From Octopus bimaculoides (taxonomy: Eukaryota): DNA of 45,700 nt. Under the pieces are notes generated by a model. That model was given only the letters and a program-made list of their open reading frames with translations. It was not told the origin of the DNA and searched no databases. Positions 10,718-23,429 of this stretch are shown in pieces (position 1 is the first letter of the stretch; each line of letters opens with the position of its first letter). The stretch spans positions 21,363,288 through 21,408,987 of the forward strand of contig NC_069000.1 in NCBI RefSeq assembly GCF_001194135.2, given 5' to 3'. The position numbers and the translations under genes are program-made.

Positions 10718-12516
10718 TGTTTAGTAGTAGATTTAATCTGCTGCCTGGTTAAATGGCATCACTGGTCTTTGAGTACCTTTAGCAAAGTTAAAGTTATTTA
10801 AACCTGGTTTCAGTTTGAGAATATTTTCTTGCTTTCAAAACAGGGATGAAAGGAAGAAGATTGTCAATAATCTAGTCTTCCTGAGAGGTCAAAGGACCTG
10901 AATGTACGGATAACAGTGTATTACTGGCATTAGGAATTTTATAAAATCCTGATAAAATCAAAGTAAAAGGTCAATCCAAGTAGGATTTGAACTCAGGACA
11001 CAGCCAAGTGAAATTTGACAGAAATGATAGAGCAGCAGGCTACATGTCTTAAGGAATTTGATTTGGTTTTGTACCATTTCTGCTAACTAGACTAATTAAA
11101 TCTTGAAAATCTAAAAAGGTTAACATAAACCAAAGAGGGGAGCCCCTAAGTAGTCACTCAACTGATTAGAAATAGTAACCAAATCCCCTTCAAATTTCAT
11201 TCTTATTGTCTTGGAAAAGGAAGGACACATTCAGTAATGTAGTCCTAAATACACTGTCTTTGATCATAGGTTTACTCAAATAAGGTTGATTTGGGGCTCA
11301 GGAATAACATCAACAACAACAAAGAGTAAAGAGATCTAATTTTGACCAATACAGAAAATGAAGAATTACATAACTTCTCCATTATTTATTTACATTGAAT
11401 CTAGAAGACAGGCTGCAAGGTTACTTGTGCATTTTCTTCTGTAAAAAAAAAAAAATTCAATAGCTGGAGAAACTAAGCCAACTTAAGAAATAATGACCGA
11501 CAGAAAACTTTTAAATATGCACTGGAAGATGGGACATATTCCTGTAGGACTCCATTGTCTATTGTTATGTTTTGTTCTTTTTGTGATACTGGAGTCTTAC
11601 ATCTATATATTATGTTCATTTAATCAAAAGGCTATTATTATCTTTGCTATCCTTGTAATAATTATTATTGTTATTATTTCTATTAAAAAGAAAGTAACTG
11701 CATCAATTTATACCGATTATATTCATATGCTGGGTTTATGCAAGTAACAGTACACTCATACAAATACACAAACACATACACAAACACACACACACATACA
11801 GTACAGACACACAAGATGCTACATCAATGGCTTGTGAACATGAACAAAAATGTATTAGCAGAGATCAAATAACCATAATGACTACTTCAGATAACAGCTT
11901 TTAAAGCTCGTCTGAGTCTTTCATTCGATAAATGGGAGGAAGCTAAAAAGAATTGTTCCTTTTTTCATAAAGAAAAACTTTATAATTAAAAAGAAAAGCT
12001 AACAAAATATAGAAACGAAAATTATCATTGAACAATGGAAGCCAGAAGATAGAACATTAATGCTGGGATCCTGTATGTATTACACATTATTCATGTTTGG
12101 ACTTGTAAAGCCAGAACTAGAATCAACAAGAACTAGAAGACAATAGTATGCATGCATATGAGTAGAGCAAGCACAGTGGTTAGTTTAATGCAGGCAATAG
12201 GCATCTAGTAAAGTGCACCCAAGTTCAATCCTAGTTATTTGCTCTCTTAATGCCCTTTGGAATGGTATAAAAATTTCAGTCTTTTCTCTTCCTACCCTCT
12301 GAAGGGTTGGAACTGCAACACTTTAGTATAGAGTGGTGTTTCCCAACCTATTTTCCCCCAGGCTCCACTATAACTTTCCAGAAAAATGTATATCTCACTG
12401 GTGGTTGGAAAAATATAACTTTATTTTTAATATTCTATCACAATTATTTAATAGAAAAGAATCTACTAGAAACTGTTTTATTAAGTACTGACTAAGAAAA
12501 AAAAAAAGGAATCACT

Positions 12517-12744
12517 CTAGCCCTTTAGCATTTAAACCAACCATATCTGGCCTAAATATTCTAACAGTTTTATGTTCAAACCAGTCAGATCCTGCCTATC
12601 AAATAGATCCTACAACATAATTCTAAAACTAAAAAATCACATCGCCAAAATCTTGAAGATATGAAATAATACATGATTAATTCAAAACTATGTGAATAAA
12701 TAAACATAACATTTGACTGAGTAATCTGAATGCTAAAGGGTTAA
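12517..12744. mobile_element. TTAA MITE, opposite orientation
   Basis: CCCTTTAGCATTTAAACC...CTGAATGCTAAAGGG-TTAA; reverse complement of the 10493 copy. Confidence 0.75.
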
Positions 12745-13060
12745 TGGGAATCTTGTACCTGGTGACTACAGCAGATTTCTTTGATATCGGGAGACAATTT
12801 TGTTAGCTTCAGCCATAACTCACCAAGTTTTGTAATTTCAAGCCTGCTTCTCTTGGCTCAAAGCAAATTGTCAACAGCACGAAAGCCACACTCAACCAAA
12901 TAAAAGATGTGGGGAAATGTATCAAAAGTCCCTTTGCTGAAATGACAGTGTTAAGGTATTTCCTTTCAACTTTATCACAGCCACATCTTGGAACTGCATT
13001 GGACCTTCAGAGATATCTACTATCAATGTTTCAGTGAACCAAAAGGCTGTGAAAAAAGGA
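12741..13060 (-). pseudogene. hAT (Buster/Charlie-type) transposase C-terminal dimerisation-domain remnant
   Basis: Minus translation FP..YLVECGFRAVDNLL*AKRSRLEITKLGELWLKLTKLSPDIKEICCSHQVQDSH* matches the FPTSYLVExGFS...KRNRL...GDLRLKLT...HQxxxSH pattern. Confidence 0.8.
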
Positions 13061-13818
13061 TTTTCACAATTCCATGTTCCACTAAAAAAGAAAGACAAAA
13101 ATAATTTGGATTCTATGCCCCACCATAATTTTCCCAGGTCCCACATTTGGAATCTCTGGTAATGAGGTTTGGTGTAGTAATATGAAAAAACAAAAAAAAA
13201 ACAATGTGTCATAGAGTAGAAATAGCTATAAAATCATAACATCATGATACAGCATCCCAAATTCAGACAGAAAGGTACAGAGGAAAAAAATGCAAAAAAA
13301 TTAGTATCACAAAAAACAGTGATATGATGTTACAAAACAGAATTATGCTTCAAAATAGTTTCAAAAGCTGTCAAAAAAACCTTAATATAATATCATAAAA
13401 CAAGAGTGTAATGTTACATCAACAATGTAATGCAATTGTGACTGTGTTGGGGTACTGCCTTCAAAGGTTTAGTGAACAAATTAACCCTAGTAATTTTTTT
13501 TAAGCTTATTCTAATGAACACTGCTACAGAGACATAAACAAACCAATACTCATTGTCAACGATTGAGTGGGGCCAAGCATAAACACACAAATACAACAGG
13601 CTTCTTTCCATTTCTGTCTACCATATCCATTCACAAAGTTTTGGTCATCCTGAGGCTATATTAGAAGACACTTGCCCAGGGTGCCACACAGCCATGCCTT
13701 AAGGCTGATATCATAATATAAGATACTCTAGGGTGAAAGGGTACCTCACCACTCAGCATCAAAACCTCAAAAGTTATTGAAAACAACTTTAGAATGTTTA
13801 AGTTGATGCCACAATCTC

Positions 13819-14030
13819 TTAACCCTTACTCTGTCAAATGTAATACTTTTTTTTTTCCTTGTTTGGAATTAATCACACATTATCATGTAGTTTAGAGATT
13901 TTGATGATATTAGTGTTGTTTTAGAATGGCACTGTAGGGTTGATTTGAGAGGCCAGATCTGGCCAGTTTCAACATAAAACAGGTTAAATATTTTGGCTGG
14001 ATATGGCCAGTTTGAATGCTAAAGGGTTAA
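13819..14030. mobile_element. TTAA MITE
   Basis: TTAACCCTT...AAAGGGTTAA with both TTAA sites intact. Confidence 0.8.
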
Positions 14031-14039
14031 CTCCTATAA

Positions 14040-14885
14040 TACATTCTTTCTTTACTATCCTATCATTCCCTACCATCCTACCTTTATACACTGTCTTCCC
14101 TTTTACAACTACCTTATCTCCTACCACTATCTTACCATTCCCTAGTGTTTTAACATCCTTCACTGTCTTATTCCCCTAACTACTCTTACTATCCCTCTTA
14201 CCTCATTATCTTACCATTCCTCATTGTTTTACCAACCCGGATGTCTTACCTTCCCTTAATGTTTTACCATCCCCCACAGTCTTAGCATTGTTCTCTTACC
14301 ATCCTTCACTGTCTTAGCTTCCCCTACTATCTTGCTTTACTCACCATCATCATCATTTAACGTCTGTTTTCCCTGCTGGCAGAAAGCACCGATACACTCT
14401 GTGGAGTGACTGGTGCTAGGAAAGGCATCCAGCCATAGAAACCATGCCAGAATAGACAATAGAGCTGGTGCAGCCCCTGGCCTTGCCAGCTACAGTCAAA
14501 CCATCCAAGCTATGCCAGCATGAAAAACAGATGTCAAATGACATGGTGATATAGATATATATTTGAAAGTGTATGAGAATTTATACAGTTTTGAAGTGTA
14601 AAATATTTTTTCTTTAAATTATTTTTTTTAAAAATGTTATGAAATCTTTTATCAGGATGTTACAAACCATTTTGGAAAGAAGTTTTTTCTAGTGTGTGAG
14701 CACTTTCCCAGTCCAATCTGTAAGGTGGTTGGTGTTAGGGAGGGCATCCAGCCATAAAAACCATGCCAAACAGACAGTGAAGCCTGGTGCAGTCTTCTAG
14801 CTTGCCAGTTCACCAACTTAAACTCCCCTACTGTTTTACCTCCCCTACTGTCTTACCTTCCCTCACTGTCTTATCATTCCCCATT
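14040..14885. repeat. Degenerate ~19-bp pyrimidine-rich minisatellite interrupted by RTE-3'-type repeats
   Basis: Units like CCATCCTTCACTGTCTTA at 14040-14340 resume at 14815-14885. Confidence 0.65.
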
Positions 14886-15149
14886 GGCTTTACATATTAT
14901 TGACACTGAAAAGCTAAAACTATAGTGAATCTTGGTGGTGTTTCAACTCAGAATGTACGAAAATGAAATTAAATACTGTAAGATAGATAGTTCATCAACA
15001 TGCTACTATTTCTGCCACTCCACTGCCTCATGGCACTGACTTCACACGTAGCGCACTATGACGTCATATGTACTCAGGCTAAGTCAACCTTTAACCCAGG
15101 ACACTAATAACTTGTGGTAATAAGCCAATTTGTGTTTGCCTCAGACTTT

Positions 15150-15455
15150 TTCTCCTTGTAACCTCTCAAGTCCAAGAAAGATGATTCTGAAATTTCTTGC
15201 TGAACAAATTGTACAGAGATGGTTTGTTTATAGAGATTAAATGTTTGTTCCATACATGAATTTACTCCCTCAATTAAATCAACATCTCCTGTACAAGCAC
15301 ACGGTGTACTACACTTCAAATGTCAAAGTGGTTGCATAGCAATGTGAAATGAAGTGCTTCACTCAAGAACACAATGTACTGCCTGATCTGGAAATTGAAA
15401 CCATGATCTCGCGATTGTCAGTGCAACAGCCTAACCACTAGGCCACATCACCTCA
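15150..15455 (-). mobile_element. tRNA-derived SINE (separate family)
   Basis: Minus head GTGGCCTAGTGGTTAGG...GGTTTCAATTTCC (A and B boxes) followed by TGTGTTCTTGAGTGAAGCACTTCATTTCAC. Confidence 0.65.
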
Positions 15456-15608
15456 GACTACTATAACAACGTTGACTTGTCACATTTGCACAAGACCGCA
15501 AACATGCAGGGAAGTTGATACAGTGATCCTAGGACATAACTGGTATTGATTTCATTGACCTCCTTTAGAGGTTGACAGGAAAAGACTGACTAAATGGGGA
15601 GGAGTGGC

Positions 15609-15834
15609 TTAACCCTTTAGCATTCAGATTATTCTGTCAAATGTAATGTTTATTTAATCACAATTTTCAATTAATTATGTGTTATCTTGCAGCTTTGAGA
15701 TTTTGATGATGTGATTGCTTAGCTTTAGAATGACATCAAAAGATAGGTGTGAGAGCCTGGATCTGGTTGGTTTGATCATAAAACAGGTAGGAAATTTTGA
15801 GCCAATATGGCCAGTCTAAATGCTAAAGGGTTCA
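15609..15834. mobile_element. TTAA MITE inserted into a Nin-like SINE
   Basis: TTAACCCTTTAGCATTCAG...AAAGGGTTCA; SINE sequence lies on both sides (about 15525-15600 and from 15832, AACTCAGAAC). Confidence 0.7.
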
Positions 15835-16545
15835 ACTCAGAACACATGACAATAAAACTCAATACTGTAAGGTCTCTGAAACTTTAACCATTTCAGAAAT
15901 TGAATATTCTGTCATTCTCCACATGACTAAATATTAAAGGGAATATCTCTACATTGGCTCAACTTACTAAAAATAGCAGCTTATTCTCCATCAAATCACA
16001 ACCTACCATCTTCAAAAAGGAAGGAGACAACTATATCTAGTGTATTGTTGTTCTGGGTACACTATATCTTAAACAAAACGAGAAGAGTCATGACTTGAAT
16101 GACTTTGTAGATTTGCAGAATCATAAGTGACCTGCAATTAAACAACATCAACAAGACGCTTAAGTACTGAATTGTTTTAAGTACACACAAGGTCGATTTT
16201 CGCAGAAGGGTGGAGATATAGTCAATTGAATACCACCCAGTTTATCACTGGGTGGTTATTTAATCAAACCTTCAGAGGAGATATTAAGATAAAGTAAGAT
16301 AAGATTTGATCTCCGGATGTTGAGAGACAACTAAATACTGCACCACATTAAATCTTATTTCCAATGCTCCAAAAGCTGTCTCTGAAAACGGATTCCAGTT
16401 TGTAGGGTGAAAAGAATATTATCAGAAATTTCAGAAACATCCTTCAATAATAATTTTTCTGTTTTTTTTTTTTTTAAAGTGTGCATGGAAATGTGATAAA
16501 TACTGATCAACAGAGGAAGAGAAGGATGGGGGGATGGGTGTGTGT

Positions 16546-16580
<35 letters not shown>

Positions 16581-17334
16581 TGAGAGAGAGAGAGAGAGAG
16601 AGAGAGAAACACAGGGAGAAACTACATTGATTTTTCTGTCAGCCAGACTGCCAGGCAGACAGTATAAAATTATATAAATCTCAAACTCACTTCGTTAATC
16701 ACCCTACAAATCCACGACTACCACCACCACCACCACCACTTGCAACAATTTTACCATCGCCTTCAATATCACCACCAACACCATCAAAGCTTCTAATGCA
16801 AACATCATCACTGGCACCACCCCCACCAAAGTTTACCAACAACACACCCACCACTACCACCACCACCACCATCAATATCTCCACCACCTCATACATAGAC
16901 ACTGCGATAATCCTCTAACAATATAACTGAATTTGTCGCAGTATAAAATATATCCGAAGTCGGTTAACAAAATTTGTAAACAGAACAATAAACTATAAAC
17001 AATTTGTAATATCACAGTCATACTGCAATTAACTTCAATCAATATGTGCACTTTTATTCCCCATCTTCTTGCTGCTGTCTTTGTCGCTGTTGCTTGTTGT
17101 TACAAATAATTCTTGATTTCTTTTTTTTGCTTATTTTTTTTTTCTTTTGTGTATGCATGCATGTATGCATGTGGGTGTGACTCATGCATGCTGTGTGTGT
17201 GTGAGACTAATCATGCGCAAATGCATATATATGTGTGTGAGTATGTGTGCATATATGTGTATGTATGCATATATGTGTTAGTATGTATGCATATATGTGT
17301 GAGTATGTATACATATGTGTATCCATGCATATAA

Positions 17335-17378
<44 letters not shown>

Positions 17379-17879
17379 ATGTATATGCATATATGAACAC
17401 AAATAAGTGTGAATGTGGGGGCAGTCAGATTTATAGCAACTATATTCAGTTAAATTAGGATCTTCTGTGACTGCTTCACTTTCTTTTTTTCAATCAATCT
17501 ATGAGACAATTGATCTCAAAACAGTAAACATCTGTCTAGAATTTATAAAATTCCAGTTAGTTCAGTTCACTGCATAGTACATGGTTCCAAGTCAACAACA
17601 ACAACAACAGCAGCAGCAGTAGCAATACCTGTCACCATTTCCTTTATGTCGGATCTAATTTTACATCTGGGTGAAATTAGATACCATATGGTCCAATCTC
17701 TATTTATTATTTTTTTTCTTTCCTACTCTAGGCACAAGGCCCGAAATTTTGGGGGAGAGGGCCAGTTGATTTTTGGGGAGTGGGCCAGTCGAGGAGCCAA
17801 CTGGTACCTAATTTATCAACGCTGAAATGATGAAAGGCAAAATCAACCTCGAAAGTCAAAATTTATAGAAAACAAAATG

Positions 17880-18050
17880 TATATAAGCACAGGTGTGACT
17901 GCATGGTATAAAGCTTGCTTCCTAACCACATGTTGCCAGTTTTAGTCCCACTGCACAGCATTTTCGGCAAGCATCTTCTACTATAATCCCGAATCAACTA
18001 AAGCCTTGTAAGAGAATTAGATAGAGAAAAACCGAAGGAAGCCCATCGTG
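17880..18050 (+). mobile_element. CORE-like SINE head and core, plus orientation
   Basis: GCTTGCTTCCTAACCACATG...AGTCCCACTGCACAGCATTTTCGGCAAGCATCTTCTACTATA. Confidence 0.7.
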
Positions 18051-18088
18051 TGTGTATATATGTGTGTGTATACACACACTCATATATA

Positions 18089-19317
18089 CAGTGGTTGGAC
18101 AAAATAATGGAAACACCTAGCATCATAGCATCATAATTTTGAAATATCTATAAAACCATCAAAAGCTTGTTTATTTTTATATTTTTTGATTTATTATTAG
18201 TGTTGCTTAAGATGTTTTGCTAAAATTGCTGTTTCTTTTCAGATATCATCAGAAAAAGGTAATTAAAATTCATTAAAACGACAGATCTATCAGACTTTCA
18301 AAGAGGTCAAATTGTTGGTGCTCGTATGGTAGGCACTAGTGTAATGAAAATAGTCAAAATGTTTGGTGTATCAAGAAGTACTATTTTGAAAGTAATGACA
18401 GCCTTTGAGAAAGAGGGAAAAACCTCCTCGTCGAAACAAAACTCCGGAAGAAAACCAAAGCTTTCAGATAGGGACCATCAGATTCTTATGCGAATTGTTA
18501 GAAACGATCACAAAAGTACAACTCCCAAAATTACTGCAGAGCTTAATGACCACCTCGAGAACCCAGTTTCCACAAAAAACTGTTTGCCAGGAGCTGCACA
18601 AAGCCGGATTTCACAGGAGGGCTGCAATCAGAAAACCACTACTTTCAAAAACAAACGTTGCAAAGCATTTAGAGTGGAGTAAAAACCTACAGAATTGGTC
18701 CCTAGAGCAGTGGNNNNNNNNNNGCATACATGTGGAGACAGCCAAAAGAAGCATTTGACCCAGACTGCCATCTTCCAACTATTAAACATGGAGGAGGATC
18801 TGTGATGATCTGGAGGGGTGGCTATATCTTGGAAACCCGCTGGCCCAATGGTTTCCCTTCATGGCAGAATTAATAGTCAAGACTATTTAAGCATTTTATC
18901 TGATCAAATTCATCCTATGGTTGCAGAACTGTTTCCAGAGGGAAACAGTCTTTCAGGATGATAAGGCACCAATTCACACAGCTAAAGTTGTTACTGAATG
19001 GCACGAGGGACATTCTAGTGAAGTTGAACATCTTATCTGGCCACCACAGTCTACAGATCTCAATATTATTCAACATTTATGGTGCATTTTAGAAAAACAA
19101 TTAAGGAGTCGATATCCTCCACCATCATCACTACAAGAAATGAAGACTGTTTTAACTGATGAATGGACAAAAATTCCTTCGGAAACAATTCAAACTTTGT
19201 ATGAGTCCATACCTCATAGAATTCAAGCTGTAATTACTGCCAAAGGTGGTCCTACCCCATATTAAAATAAATTTGCTTGAAATTTAAAGGTGTTTCCATT
19301 ATTCTGTCCAACTCCTG
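18089..19317 (+). mobile_element. Tc1/mariner transposon, TIR to TIR, DD36E (Incomer-like) spacing, inactivated
   Basis: TIRs CAGTGGTTGGACAAAATAATGGAAACACCT / AGGTGTTTCCATTATTCTGTCCAACTCCTG flanked by TA; HTH ORF 18326-18682, frameshift near 18580, KHGGGSVMIW, QDDKAPIH...WPPQSTDLNIIQHLW, ending KGGPTPY* at 19265. Confidence 0.93.
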
Positions 19318-19339
19318 TATATATTGATATTTAGCAGAA

Positions 19340-19424
19340 GCAACAGAGGGACTCAAAGGCCAAGAATTTCATGTTTGATAAGTCCCAACACATGAAACTC
19401 TTGGTCCTTGAGTCACTGTATTGC
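19340..19424 (-). ncRNA. Pre-miRNA-sized hairpin (candidate only)
   Basis: 24-bp stem 19350-19373 / 19391-19414 with 3 differences; short terminal loop; strand chosen because the minus RNA has 2 G-U plus 1 mismatch. Confidence 0.3.
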
Positions 19425-19920
19425 GCCTACTACATATTAATACAAATACACATATACTCATAGCTTAAGTTCTATTTTTCTTGTATGCATCAGCAAACCT
19501 ATATATATATATATAAATCATCATCATTATTTAACGTTTGCTTTCCATGCTGATATAGGTCAAATTGTTTGGCTGGAACTTGTAAACCAGAGAGCTGTAC
19601 CAGGTTCCAGTCTGCTTTGGCATGGTGTCTACAGCTGGATGCCATTCCTAATGCCAACCACTCCAAGAATGTAATGGGTGCCTTTTACATACCACCGGCA
19701 TGGGTGCTTTTATGTACCACCAGCACGAGTTCTCTAACATGTCAATGGCACTGGCCATGTTGGCTTGATGAGTCCTTCTTTATCGCAAAATACTAACCCC
19801 TTTTGAATGCATCCACAACAAATGACACTGTCACCAGGGCCTTAGAATAACACCCACGCAAATATTAAAAACAATATATTCAAAACAGTCACTTCAAGAA
19901 TTTAATCAGAACAATTTTTC

Positions 19921-21255
19921 CTCCAGGCAATCACAGAGGAGTTCAAGACAGGTTGCCCCTGGGAGCTCCTCTATGCTGATGACCTTGCCCTAATTGCGGA
20001 GTCACTATCAGAACTAGAGGAGAAGTTTCAGGTGTGGAAGCAAGGTCTAGAATTGAAGGGCCTTAGAGTCAACCTAGCTAAAACCAAAATCCTAATAAGT
20101 AGGAAGGTAGATAAAACACAAACCCCTTCAGGTAGATGGCCCTGCTCAGTATGTAGAAAAGGAGTAGGTAGTAACTCTATAAGATGTACCCGGTGCAAGC
20201 TATGGACACATAAGAGGTGCAGCAACATCAAAGGCAGGTTAACTAGCAAGTTAGTTTTTCTTTGAGGCAGATGTTCAGGTGCAATAAAGACTGTAAACNN
20301 NNNNNNNNNNNNNNNNNNNNNNNNNNNNNNNNNNNNNNNNNNNNNNNNNNNNNNNNNNNNNNNNNNNNNNNNNNNNNNNNNNNNNNNNNNNNNNNNNNNN
20401 NNNNNNNNNNNNNNNNNNNNNNNNNNNNNNNNNNNNNNNNNNNNNNNNNNNNNNNNNNNNNNNNNNNNNNNNNNNNNNNNNNNNNNNNNNNNNNNNNNNN
20501 NNNNNNNNNNNNNNNNNNNNNNNNNNNNNNNNNNNNNNNNNNNNNNNNNNNNNNNNNNNNNNNNNNNNNNNNNNNNNNNNNNNNNNNNNNNNNNNNNNNN
20601 NNNNNNNNNNNNNNNNNNNNNNNNNNNNNNNNNNNNNNNNNNNNNNNNNNNNNNNNNNNNNNNNNNNNNNNNNNNNNNNNNNNNNNNNNNNNNNNNNNNN
20701 NNNNNNNNNNNNNNNNNNNNNNNNNNNNNNNNNNNNNNNNNNNNNNNNNNNNNNNNNNNNNNNNNNNNNNNNNNNNNNNNNNNNNNNNNNNNNNNNNNNN
20801 NNNNNNNNNNNNNNNNNNNNNNNNNNNNNNNNNNNNNNNNNNNNNNNNNNNNNNNNNNNNNNNNNNNNNNNNNNNNNNNNNNNNNNNNNNNNNNNNNNNN
20901 NNNNNNNNNNNNNNNNNNNNNNNNNNNNNNNNNNNNNNNNNNNNNNNNNNGTACCGCCTGACTGGCTCCTGTAGGATTTTCGAGCGAGATCGTTGCCAGT
21001 GCCCCTGGACTGGCTTGTGCGGGTGGCACATAAAAGACACCATTTCGAGCGTGGCCGTTTTCGTGCGGGTGACACGTAAAAGCACCCACTACACTCTCTG
21101 AGTGGTTGGCGTTAGGAAGGGCATCCAGCTGTAGAAACTCTGCCAAATCGGACTGGAGCCTGGTGTTGCCATCCGGTTTCACCAGTCCTCAGTCAAATCG
21201 TCCAACCCATGCTAGCATGGAAAGCGGACGTTAAACGATGATGATGATGATGATG
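19921..21255 (+). mobile_element. 5'-truncated RTE-clade LINE (RT C-terminus, PHD-like finger, gap, 3' UTR, (GAT)n tail)
   Basis: LQAITEEFKTGCPWELLYADDLALIAES...KGLRVNLAKTK (RT YADD motif); 3' end GGTTGGCGTTAGGAAGGGCATCCAGC...GGACGTTAAAC(GAT)n. Joining the two sides across the gap is an inference. Confidence 0.85.
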
Positions 21256-21738
21256 AATTTCAGTCATTACTATCATCCACAACTTTTAGGTCAATTGACC
21301 ATTTTAAGTGGATTCCATCAACATCCTGCTAGTCATACCACTCCTGCATTCTTTTCTTCTTCTTCTTCTTCTTCTTCTCCGCCACCTCCTTTCTCTACTA
21401 CTACTGCTGCTTAAATAATCAAAAACAAGAATTCATATCAAACTAGCTGCTGCTAACCACCTAGAACCCACAAGAGTGAAAAAGAGAGACAGAAACAGGC
21501 AGAAAAAAAGGAAAATGCCCCTTGTATTTGAAAACTATGGAAATATATAAAAAAAAATATAAAAAAACATTTCATTTAATTTTTCCATAATGTAATTGTT
21601 TTTCATACTTTAATCTAAGTTGAAAAAGTTGCGATGACTGAAACTGGTACTAAAATGTTCTTCATGATAAAATTATTTTACCATTTTCTAACTTGTCTTA
21701 TTTTCCTTATACATATCAACTCTTGTGTTCCTTTTCAA

Positions 21739-21780
<42 letters not shown>

Positions 21781-22299
21781 CCTCATAGCTTAGCAGTTCA
21801 GTAGAAGAGACTGGTAGACTAAGTACCAGGCTTAAAAAAAAAGTACTGGAGTTCATTTTTCAACTTAACCCTTCATGGCTGTGCACTAGCACGGCTGCAG
21901 TTCAATGACTAAAACAGGTAAAAAATACAAGATACACCCAATACACACAAAGCTCATATTCAGGTCCTCAAATACAATTGGCAAACACTTGCACAAATAT
22001 TTGCAAATAAGCAGGTTCAAATCCTGCCATAAGAATAATTTAGAGATGAAGCAGAGGCTTCCACAATACTGACAATACTGGGTTATTGTTGTTAACCTCA
22101 GGTCATGTAGAACTATAGCTAAAGGTTTTCTGGTGGAGTTTCAGAATTGCTCACCCACATAAGTTGTACTTTCTCCATTTGCACTGGGATTTTTCATTTT
22201 TTTCTTTTATTTTTACACCATGCACTTCAAAATGAGGGTGGGAAGGCTTTTCTAAAAACATTTATTTAATCATTTTTTTATTTTACTTTACTGGTTTCA

Positions 22300-22690
22300 G
22301 CTCAAGAGTTATGGCCATGCTGGGGCACCGCCATTAGCTTTGCTACACTTTCACATCTTTTACTTGTTTCCCATCCTGGAGCACTGCCTTGAAGAATTTT
22401 TAATCAAGTGAATCAACTGGTACTTATTTTTTCTTTTAAGCCTGATAGTTATTCTATCACTCTCTTTTGATGAACTGCTAAGTTATAAGGATGTAAATAC
22501 ACCAACACTCTTCAAGTGGAAATGGGGGACAAACATAGACACATAATCACACACACACATGCATACACACACGTACATACCGCCATCTACGAAATCCACT
22601 CATAAGCTTTGGTCAGCTGAGGTCATTGTAGTGGTATTGAATCTAGAACAGTGTGGTTAGAAAGCTTCTTACCACACAGCCATGCCTGTC
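22300..22690 (-). mobile_element. Degenerate CORE-like SINE(s)
   Basis: GGCCATGCTGGGGCACC, TACTTATT..CCTGATAGTTATTCTATC, GGGGACAAACA..CAC and AAATCCACTCATAAGCTTTGGTC, as in 1265-1647. Confidence 0.65.
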
Positions 22691-23059
22691 CATAGTTTTT
22701 AAACATTGCTCATCCCCATACCTTCATGACAGCCCTCACTTTTAGAAAAAAATTTTCTCCCTCACTTGTTATTATATTCCATATTCTGAAACAAATGTAA
22801 TCCAAATTTTTAGAGGAAGAAGAAAAAATTTAAATCCATGATTTTAAACATGCCCTCTTCCTAAAACAGAAACAACCACTGAAATATTTTTTTTAGTACT
22901 TTTTTAGTCATTCTATTATATCCCACATTCTCAAACACTTGGAAATTTCATTTAAAATAGAACAAAAATTCTTATTCCCTTTCTTCAGCATACAATTAAA
23001 AAAAATGTCAAACACCACAAGTTGATGTGGGAAAAATGAAATTTGAATTTTGAAAGAAG

Positions 23060-23429
23060 TACCGTATATACTTGAGGATAGGTCACACTTATTTCACCAA
23101 AAACTTTGATAAAAATCAGGGTTGCAACCTTTCCACTCGACATCACAGGGATCTGAAGTAAACAGTGATGTAGTAGTAGTAAAGTTGATTTATCAATTAA
23201 GCTACTTTCATAAAACCACTTCCACAGAAATGTTTTAATATTTGTAAGCAAAGTTTTGAAAGAAAGGTGAATATTTGATAATATTTAACAAATATTAGTT
23301 ACATTTATGTTATAAGGGGGCCATTGTAACTCCCCAGATTATAGAGCGACCTATGTGCAAGTCAACCACAAATACCTACTTTGGCAACGCCAGACTAAGA
23401 GTGCAATCTATCGGCAAGAATATACGGTA
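23060..23429. mobile_element. pogo/Tigger-like MITE
   Basis: TA-CCGTATATACTTG ... CAAGAATATACGG-TA; TIR 12/13 identical, TA flanks. Confidence 0.65.

Noticed and set aside
15104-15319. Coding-looking ORF GDVDLIEGVNSCMEQTFNLYK
   Set aside because: It lies in the body of the tRNA-derived SINE whose head is at about 15380-15455.
16355-16470. Minus ORF tail LLLKDVSEISDNILFTLQTGIRFQRQLLEHWK
   Set aside because: It is preceded by poly-A rather than a pyrimidine tract; no homology recognised.
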